DNA from: a virus
Taxonomy: Duplodnaviria > Caudoviricetes
DNA length: 34,353 nucleotides
Direction: 5' to 3' (one strand)
IMG/VR virus record: IMGVR_UViG_3300005805_000253
Location: 1 to 34,353 of that record
The notes under the pieces were generated by a model that saw only the letters and a program-made list of their open reading frames with translations, had not been told where the DNA came from and ran no database searches. The position numbers were made by a program, and so were the translations under genes. The number at the start of each line of letters is the position of its first letter. Within the stretch, counting starts at the first letter, position 1. Below are positions 17,590-25,500 of the stretch, in pieces.

Positions 17590-17619
17590 AGCAATGTTGC
17601 GCTTTGAGGTCTGGGTCTT

Positions 17620-17808
17620 ATGAATCTTCAAAATCACTCTGAACAAGCTCTTGACAAGATCAGCATTGACCTCTATAATAAGAAGATACTCATCAGAGGA
17701 GAAGACGGCACACTGATTACCTTCAAGTGTGCTACGATCAATGAATTAATTGATCTGAAACAACAATGCTCTAAACTTCTCAAGTCTGAGAATTTTGTAT
17801 ATCGTTAA
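17620..17808 (+). CDS. Small hypothetical protein, 62 aa
   Basis: ORF downstream of a strong promoter, with GAGG upstream. It ends immediately before the first tRNA. Confidence 0.65.
   Translation: MNLQNHSEQALDKISIDLYNKKILIRGEDGTLITFKCATINELIDLKQQCSKLLKSENFVYR
17651..17679 (+). promoter_or_regulatory. Second perfect-consensus sigma70 promoter, inside the small ORF
   Basis: TTGACA (17651-17656), 17 bp, TATAAT (17674-17679). Confidence 0.85.
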
Positions 17809-17882
17809 GCTCGTTTAGCCATCTGGTGAAGGCAGCGTTCTCATAAAGCGCCGCAGGAAGAGTTCGATTCTCTCAACGAGCA
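17809..17882 (+). tRNA. tRNA with a CAU anticodon (elongator Met or lysidine-modified Ile2)
   Basis: Acceptor stem GCTCGTT/AACGAGC, anticodon arm GCGTT-CT-CAT-AA-AGCGC, T arm with GTTCGATT. The 1:72 pair is intact, so it is not an initiator. No CCA is encoded. Confidence 0.88.
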
Positions 17883-17886
17883 CTCT

Positions 17887-17959
17887 GGGTTTGTAACTCA
17901 GTTGGTAGAGTAGCGGGCTTTTAACCTGTAAGTCGTCGGTTCGATCCCGACCAAACCCA
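17887..17959 (+). tRNA. tRNA-Lys(UUU)
   Basis: Acceptor stem GGGTTTG/CAAACCC, anticodon arm GCGGG-CT-TTT-AA-CCTGT, T arm with GGTTCGATCC. Confidence 0.95.
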
Positions 17960-17988
17960 TTGACAATTCAAGCAAGACCTGCTATGAT
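17960..17988 (+). promoter_or_regulatory. Sigma70-type promoter upstream of tRNA-Leu
   Basis: TTGACA (17960-17965), 17 bp, TATGAT (17983-17988) with an extended -10 TG. Confidence 0.75.
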
Positions 17989-18002
17989 TGTCACATACAA
18001 AC

Positions 18003-18085
18003 GGGCGTATGGTGAAATTGGTAAACACATGACACTTAAAATGTCACGGGAGTCTCCCTTGTCGGTTCAAGTCCGACTACGCCTA
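18003..18085 (+). tRNA. tRNA-Leu(UAA)
   Basis: Acceptor stem GGGCGTA/TACGCCT, anticodon arm TGACA-CT-TAA-AA-TGTCA, a long variable arm (GGGAG/CTCCC), and T arm with GGTTCAAGTCC. No intron. Confidence 0.95.
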
Positions 18086-18087
18086 TT

Positions 18088-18129
18088 GAAAAGGTAAACT
18101 TTATAAATAATTATAGCGTTTACCTTTTC
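18088..18129 (+). promoter_or_regulatory. Translation-repressing hairpin enclosing a late promoter, upstream of the HNH endonuclease
   Basis: Perfect 12-bp inverted repeat GAAAAGGTAAAC (18088-18099) / GTTTACCTTTTC (18118-18129), with TATAAATA at 18102-18109 between the arms and the ATG at 18131. Confidence 0.85.
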
Positions 18130-18130
18130 T

Positions 18131-18592
18131 ATGAAATACACAGAAGAAGAGTTTATCGATGCCGTAAAATCCTCTACAAGTATAAGACAAGTTCTTAATA
18201 AACTTGGATTGAAAGAAGCTGGTGGAAACTATTCCATTACTAAAACAAGAATTAAAAATCTTGGATTGGATACTTCTCATTTTAGAGGGCAGGCTTGGAA
18301 CAAGGGTAAAAAACTTGGACCAAAAAAACCATTAGAAGATCTTTTGGTGATTGACAGGAAACATCCATATCAATCATTTAAATTAAAAAATCGTCTTCTA
18401 CAGGAAGGTATTAAAACTCATCAATGTGAATCTTGTGGCATAACAGAGTGGATGGGAAAACCAGCACCACTTGAGTTAGATCATATAAACGGTATTAATT
18501 ACGATAATCGTTTAGAAAATCTTCGTTTGTTGTGCCCGAATTGCCACGCTCAAACAGATACTTATCGTGGCAAAAATACATATTCCCACTAA
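18131..18592 (+). CDS. Free-standing HNH (homing) endonuclease
   Basis: Motif CESCG...LELDHING...DNRLENLRLLCPNCHAQT, with an N-terminal HTH-like DNA-binding segment. Confidence 0.92.
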   Translation: MKYTEEEFIDAVKSSTSIRQVLNKLGLKEAGGNYSITKTRIKNLGLDTSHFRGQAWNKGKKLGPKKPLEDLLVIDRKHPYQSFKLKNRLLQEGIKTHQCESCGITEWMGKPAPLELDHINGINYDNRLENLRLLCPNCHAQTDTYRGKNTYSH

Positions 18593-18609
18593 ATAAAATG
18601 TAGTGGGAA
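18583..18609 (+). promoter_or_regulatory. Hairpin overlapping a late-promoter-like CTAAATA upstream of the hypothetical-cpeT gene pair
   Basis: 9-bp inverted repeat TTCCCACTA (18583-18591) / TAGTGGGAA (18601-18609), with CTAAATA at 18589-18595. Confidence 0.55.
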
Positions 18610-18614
18610 ATGTT

Positions 18615-18881
18615 ATGAAATACACATTATCTCAAGCATATTGCTTTTATATGGGTGAGGTTGTACGTATGTATTTCATACAAGGTCTTCCATATACTTT
18701 TGATGAATTACCTCAGTTAATTCAAGACCATCCTTCTGTGCAAACAGAAGCTCTTTCTCACTCAGATTATGATGATGAGGATATGTTTAGATGGTCTAAT
18801 TACCTTATTATGGAAGAAATGCATCCTTTGATGTTTGAAATTGAAGTAGAAAATCCTGATTTATTACCTAAAGATGATTGA
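18615..18881 (+). CDS. Hypothetical acidic protein, about 88 aa (the ORF track starts it at GTG 18603)
   Basis: ORF MKYTLSQAYCFYMGEVVRMYFIQGLPYTFDEL..., which overlaps the cpeT start by 8 nt. Confidence 0.75.
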   Translation: MKYTLSQAYCFYMGEVVRMYFIQGLPYTFDELPQLIQDHPSVQTEALSHSDYDDEDMFRWSNYLIMEEMHPLMFEIEVENPDLLPKDD

Positions 18882-19350
18882 TCAATTTTGTGAATATTTT
18901 GAAGGTGTTTTCAATAACAAAATGCAAGCTTTCTCACACCCGACTAAGTTTGCAATGATCGAATTAGCTCATACAAAGATCTGCGAAAACAAATTTAAAG
19001 TAATTCAACGATATTATGTTGATAAACGTGAGTATCGTAATGCAGTCATTGAGGTAATTCCTCAGGATAATTCTCTTCTGATTAAAAACTATAAGGAAGA
19101 ATCAGATCAGTTGACATATTTAGATGGATGTGATATTCTGTTTGAAAAGATAGGTGATGAGTTTCACGGCAAAAATATCTGTAAAGAATGCTTTGTAACA
19201 TGGTCGGGAAAAGAAACTTATCTTCAAACAGAAAGTATCCTCGGAAACGGTTACTACAACGTAATTGACAAGGGATACGACATATCAACTGACAAACATA
19301 TTTGGGGATCCTTTCATGGATCCTTCAAATTTGTAAAATCGCCTGAGTAG
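18874..19350 (+). CDS. cpeT: T-type phycobiliprotein (bilin) lyase, CpeT/CpcT family
   Basis: Pattern 'G.FNN..QAF..PTKFA.I.L.H', 'YR', 'GCDILF', 'C.V', 'DKGYD' and 'IWGS..G.F.F'. The 158-aa size fits compact phage CpeT proteins. Confidence 0.9.
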   Translation: MIDQFCEYFEGVFNNKMQAFSHPTKFAMIELAHTKICENKFKVIQRYYVDKREYRNAVIEVIPQDNSLLIKNYKEESDQLTYLDGCDILFEKIGDEFHGKNICKECFVTWSGKETYLQTESILGNGYYNVIDKGYDISTDKHIWGSFHGSFKFVKSPE

Positions 19351-19414
19351 CTCAGCTGGATAGAGCAACGGTTTTGTAAACCGTAGGTCGTCGGTTCAAG
19401 TCCGACCTTGGGCT
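19341..19414 (+). tRNA. tRNA-Thr(UGU)
   Basis: Acceptor stem GCCTGAG/CTTGGGC, anticodon arm ACGGT-TT-TGT-AA-ACCGT, T arm with GGTTCAAGTCC. Its 5' end overlaps the last 10 nt of cpeT. Confidence 0.93.
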
Positions 19415-19435
19415 TCCGTGTGAAGGAAGTCAATT

Positions 19436-19465
19436 AAACTCCAGCAATTTGACTGGGGTTTTTTT
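19436..19465 (+). terminator. Rho-independent terminator after tRNA-Thr
   Basis: Stem AAACTCCAG / CTGGGGTTT running into a T7 tract. Confidence 0.8.
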
Positions 19466-19466
19466 G

Positions 19467-19474
19467 TATAAATA
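19467..19474 (+). promoter_or_regulatory. T4-type late promoter for the giant virion protein
   Basis: Exact TATAAATA, 38 nt upstream of the ATG at 19513. Confidence 0.85.
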
Positions 19475-19512
19475 ACTCAGAAGAAATACCATATCCAAGG
19501 GTCACTGAGAAG

Positions 19513-22500
19513 ATGCCATTAACTAGATTAGATAATCTTTACTCAAGTAAAACTGGTAAATATCTATATGTTTCTCCAGATGATTTTAATGCTACTGATG
19601 CTTTAGATAATAGAGGAAATTCTCCTTTAAGGCCATTTGTAAGCATTCAAAGGGCATTTTTAGAAGTTGCTCGTTATTCATACGTTCCAAATATAGACAA
19701 TGATCGTTTTGATCAGTTTACGATCATGTTGTCTCCTGGCAACCACTATATTGATAACCGTCCTGGAGATTTAGATACATCAAATATTCCTATTTTTAAT
19801 TATGATGAAAGTAGTGATGAATGGAATGATGATTCTATTTTTGACCTATCTAATCCAAATAATTGTCTGTACAGATTTAATGGACGTGATGGTGGTGCAA
19901 CTATCCCTAGAGGCACCTCTCTCGTAGGTACAGACCTTCGTAGAACTCAAGTTCGTGCTCTTTATGTGCCTGACCCTGCAGATAAAGATGTACCTCGCAC
20001 TGCTCTTTTCAACGTAACTGGTGGATGCTATTTCTGGCAGTTTACTATTCTTGACGCCAATGATGTCAATGGTCCTCTAAATGGTAAGGCATACAATCAA
20101 CCAGGATCTACTCAGACAGTAACTCCACTGTTTTCACACCACAAGATGACAAACTTTGTCTTTGCAGACAAAGAAGATCTTGGACTACTTTACAGAAAAA
20201 TTTCTCAAGCATTTAGTAAGTATCAACCAGATATTGATGATGTCTACACTGTAGAATCTGGTAGAGTAGAAAATACGTGGTTTTCTACAAACTCATATGC
20301 TATTAATGATGAAGTGGTTTTTGGTGGAGAAGCATACAAAGCATTAGCGGTAAATACTAATAAAAGACCAGATTTAGAGGATACTTTCTGGGAACGTCTT
20401 AGCACCACATCAAGAGAATTTGATTATAGAATTCAAGAAAATAGAATTGTTGGACCTCTATCAGATACAGTACAAATAGATATTTTCAACATTGATGAAC
20501 CAACTCCTGGATCTATTAATGTAACTGTAAGAACTAAAATTAATCATGGTTTCTTCCCTGGTCAATATGTTGCGGTTGCTAACCTAGGTTTTAATAAGGC
20601 TCTTGAAGGTGTATTTCAAGTTATTGCAATTAACACCACAAATCCAAAAGAATTTACATATCGTGTTAATGTAACTGCAAATGCTGTTGGGTTAAGCGAA
20701 GGAATAGATTATACTGCTGATCCTAACGCTACTGTGCAGGCAGAGGTTGACTCTGTAGAATCAGCATCGCCATACGTCTTCAACGTTTCTATTCGCTCTA
20801 CCTGGGGTATCTGCGGTATCTGGGCAGATGGTCGCAAGGCGACTGGTTTCAAATCGATGGTTATCGCCCAGTATACGGGTGTTTCGCTACAGAAAGACGA
20901 CCGTGCATTCATTCGCTACGATGAGTTTAGTAACACATGGAATGAAGCACCACTAACAGATGCTTTTGCTACAACTCCTTATCACATCAAGGGTGATGCA
21001 TACTGGAAAGATGATTGGAGAAACTTCCACGTTCGTGCTTCAGATGACTCATTCATTCAGAACGTTTCGATCTTCGCTGTAGGTTTTGCTGACCACTTCT
21101 TGCTTGAGTCTGGCGGTGATATGTCTATCACCAACTCCAACTCAAACTTTGGTAACACCTCGATGCACTCAAAGGGTTACAAAGGTTTTGCGTTTAACCA
21201 AGACAAGGGTGGATACATTACTGACATTATTCCACCTGAAACAATCAATGACTCTTCACCTATTAAAATAAATTACTACGCTTTAGATGTACAACTTTCA
21301 AAACCATCAAGTAATAGTAATAGATTATATCTTGTAGGAGATAAAGCAAATAATTTCTTAAGTCGTCCTGCTGCTAGCATTAATGGATATAGAATTGGTG
21401 CTAGATCTTATATCACCGATGAAAAGTCTGAAAAATTATATGTTAACATAAGTGCAGATACCTCTGCTGGAGAAAGTGGTGCTACTACGAAATCTGCATT
21501 TATTTCACCATCTGGATTTAAAAAGTGGTCTGCTTCTTTAGATACGCTAAGTCCAGCAAATCTTGGAATTGGTGATCTTAATCAAGATGGATTCCCAGAC
21601 ACTGCTGAAGACATTTATTTCTTTAATCTTCGTCAAGATGCTGCGAATTTAATTGATGCAAACAAGACATTTATTCAAGCAGAAACTTTTGGATATATTC
21701 TTGAGAAATATCCTTATTTGCAGAATATTCCATACGTAAATCCGAATATTACTGCAGAAACTGGTAGATATAGAGATGGATCTAATTTAATTAAAGCAAA
21801 TAGGCAAGAGATTATTGATTATGCTTTTTCTATGTTGGAAATTTCTTTCCCATCTTTTGTAAATCCTGATGAAGAAAAATGTAAGAGAGATTTGGGATTT
21901 ATCATCGATGCAATTGCAAATGACTTATATGATGGCGGAAATGCTGCTATTATAGAAGCAACTAAAGCGTATTTTGATGCTAATGGACAATTAACTAGTA
22001 ATGGTCTTTTAGGTGAGCAAACTGAGTCCATTTATGCTTTCAATAGAATGAGAGATTGGGCCAAAAAAGCAGTTTCCAATCTACTTGAAAATACTTCACT
22101 ATTGGAAGTAGATACAATGATTTCTAGTGGCACTACAGTTACTGTAACAACTCTTTCTGATCACAATTTAGAAGCTGGACAAACAATTACTGTTGGTGGT
22201 GCTACTCAAGTTGCTTTTAATGGAGAATATCAAGTTAATTCATCTGGATTAACTGCAACACAGTTTACTTATACTGTACCAGTCGCTCCAAGTATTAGTA
22301 ATGCCTCTGGAGCATATTATATTTCTACTATTGTTATCGATGCTACCAATGATGATGGAGAAGCTGGAAGATATAAAGATGCTTCAAATCTTGTAACTGC
22401 AAACAGACAAGAAATTATTGATAGAGCATTTGGTGAAATTGCTATTCAATACAATGAAGCTGCTTGGGGGCTTGATTGGGTTGTTCCTGGTGATACTCCT

Positions 22501-25500
22501 CTCGGTCCCTTGAGAAGATATTTCGATTCATATCGTCTCATTCAGAAAAATAGAAACATTATTGTTGAGACTGCATATAAGACAGTAAATGACAATCCAC
22601 CATCACCTGCACCAGCAAACTTACTAGCAAAGTGTAAGCGTGATATTGGGTTGTTTGTAGACGCTATTTCTCTTGACATTCTGGAGGGTGGTGCAAACGT
22701 ATACACTCGTAAGTTTGTGCAGCAGTATTTCTCTGCTAATACCACACTTCTAACTAACGGTCTTGCTGGTGAAGTAACTCAGTCAATCATTGCTTTCAAT
22801 AAAGCTCGTGATGCGATGAAGGCAGCGATCACTAACACACTTTCATCTCTGACTGGTCTTGTAACCTCTTCGCCTGTTGGTGGTACATGGGTTGATGGAT
22901 CTACTGGAAATAAGACAGTTTACAACGATTTAACTCTTACTGTAGATCCTCTAACGGGATCTAACACTGATCCTAACTCGTGTGGAAACGTGCAATCTGC
23001 AGTTGACACTTTAACTGCTATAGTATCTACTACACTCACAGCAGTTGATCTTTCAACGCTACCTCCAGAAACTACAGGATTAACTGAGGAAGCTGGTCAA
23101 ACTAAATGTAAGCGTGATATTGGATATATTGTAGATTCGATTGCTCAAGATTTATTCTGGGGGGGCAATGAATTTACAGTGGGTGCAATTGTAGAATATT
23201 TTGCAAACAATACAACACTAACAACAAACGGTCTTTCTGGTGAAGTTAGCCAATCTATTATCGCATTTAATGCAGCGAAAGATATGGCTAAAAAGGCAGT
23301 AACTAATCAATTGTATGCCAAGAATCTATCTCTATCGTATGGTGATGCTGAGTATGGTGGTGGAGGAGGAATAATTACTTATACTCAGTCTGGAAATGCA
23401 GCAACATGCATAGATGTACAATTGACTATAGACACTTTATTTGGAATTGTGACAAATACATTGACAACTCAAAATCTTTCTTCATTACCTCCAGTGGATA
23501 ATGGAGAATGGGATTGTGCCAATGTTAGAAATACTATCGATACATTATTCTCTATTTTAACAACTTCACTTGCAACTGGAAATCTATTAAGTCTTCCAGA
23601 AGAAGACATCGGACCATGGGCTATTGTGAGTGATTCTAGTAAGTGTAGAAGAGACATTGGATACATTGTCGAAGCACTTACTTCTGATTTGAGACTTGGT
23701 GGAAATGAAGCAACTGTAAGAGCTGCTGAAGCCTACTACACTGGAAATAGTTTAGATTATATTGAAAATGAAAGAATTGAAACGCTAGATGCTTATGATT
23801 ATGCTAGAAATCTTGCTATTTCTTCTATGAGAAATCATGGAACTTACATGAATAATTGTTTAGTTTCTCAAGATTCTTCAATTGTTACAGTTCCATCAAC
23901 AAATGGACTAGTTATAGGAATGCAGGTGCAAAGTGTTGCGGTTCTTCCAGATGATACTGGATCTATCACCGAAGTAATTACAAATTATAATGATGAATTA
24001 GAAGAAATTAATTTGTATGGAAGAGTAGTTCCTAAGGCAAATAATCTAACATCAAGAATTCCATCAATAGGAGCATACATTAAAAAAATTGGTAATGGGA
24101 CGAATGGATTACAAATTAATCAAATTCAACTAGGTGTTAAAGGCAGTAAATTTAATTCGGGAGGATTTGTTTATGCAGCAGGTGGTATTGGTAACAATGT
24201 CCCAACAAATTTATTTTTCTCATTGAATGAAGGTATATGGGCAACGTCAGTTGATCCTTCCGTAGATAACACAGTATTGCAAGATTTTAATTATACAACT
24301 GATCCTTTTGAGTGCTCTGCTGTTGTAGAATCTATTAATACTTATTTTGGAATATTTAATCAAATTATTGAAAATGGTTTAGGTACAGTAGATGTTGAGT
24401 ATTCTCAAATTAATACAGGCACATTTGCCCAAAGATCTACTTTATTCACTCTTACTGACACTTCTAATGGTGCTTCCCCATCTGATCCACACCACTTAGA
24501 AACTGGCACTCCAGTAAGATTAGTTCCTAGAGCTAAAGAAGGATCTAATATTGATAAGCGTTTGATTCGCTTACCTAAAGGATTTGATACAAATACAGTT
24601 TATTATGTAATTGCTCCAGGAAGAAAAACGGATCCATACGATTATTCAAATACAACTAGATTTAATGGAAGTGCTGGATCACTGCAAAACCTAATGCTAG
24701 CAACTAGCGTTGAAAATGCTGCTAGTGGTATTTTTGTATATTCTTCTGAAACTGAAGGAGTTAATTCTGATGTAGTTATTGATTTATATCAATATGTTTT
24801 GGATGTAGATTATGATTTGAATACTTACATCACCAGAAAAGTTACTGGTGATGGCGTTCTGTTAGAAACAGAAGAGCCTCATGTATTCGACATTCCTACA
24901 ACTGCATATAATACAACAAATTATCAACAGTATCAAGCAGTATTCTTTAAACCAATTGGATCTGGATCTCTTCCAGTTTTAACTTCTGGCGGAAATCTTT
25001 CTGAAAATAGAGAGTATTTTGTCAGATATGTCGATAAGAGAAGATTTAAAGTTTATGAAACATTGCAGCAGGCAGTAAATAATACAACACCTTTACAATT
25101 TGCTAATTTCACCTCAACTTTCTATACTTTATCTAATAAAAAGAGATCGCCATTAAGATTTGCTCCAGAGGCTGGTGCTCAGCAAAGTTATGATGAGCTT
25201 AAATTATATGTTGAAGATAAAACATTATTTGCCAATGGTGATTATGTCAAAGTTGATGAAGAATTTTTCTTAGTTACTGGCATTTCTCCTTCGGGTGGTA
25301 GTGATTATTTGATTGTGGCAAGATCTGCATTAGGATCTATACCAACAAATCATCAAACAAATGCAGTGGTTACGAAGTGGGCGTATTCCGCTACTGGAAC
25401 TGTAACTACTATTACTGAAGCAGTTAATACCACAGAAACAATTCTAGATTTTGCTGATGCTTCTCAATTTGCTGTCGGTGATTATGTTAGATTGACAAAT

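Noticed and set aside
18003-18592. Group I intron in tRNA-Leu(UAA) carrying the HNH gene
   Set aside because: The tRNA-Leu anticodon loop is uninterrupted and the HNH gene lies outside it.
17809-19414. tRNAs as prophage attachment sites
   Set aside because: There is no integrase and no duplicated tRNA 3' end. The shared GTCGGTTC T-arm sequence is ordinary tRNA conservation.
21637-24372. A straightforward captured host cpc/apc gene
   Set aside because: Similarity is limited to motifs that are in frame within a phage structural protein and interleaved with one another, so they are reported as a hypothesis rather than a gene call.
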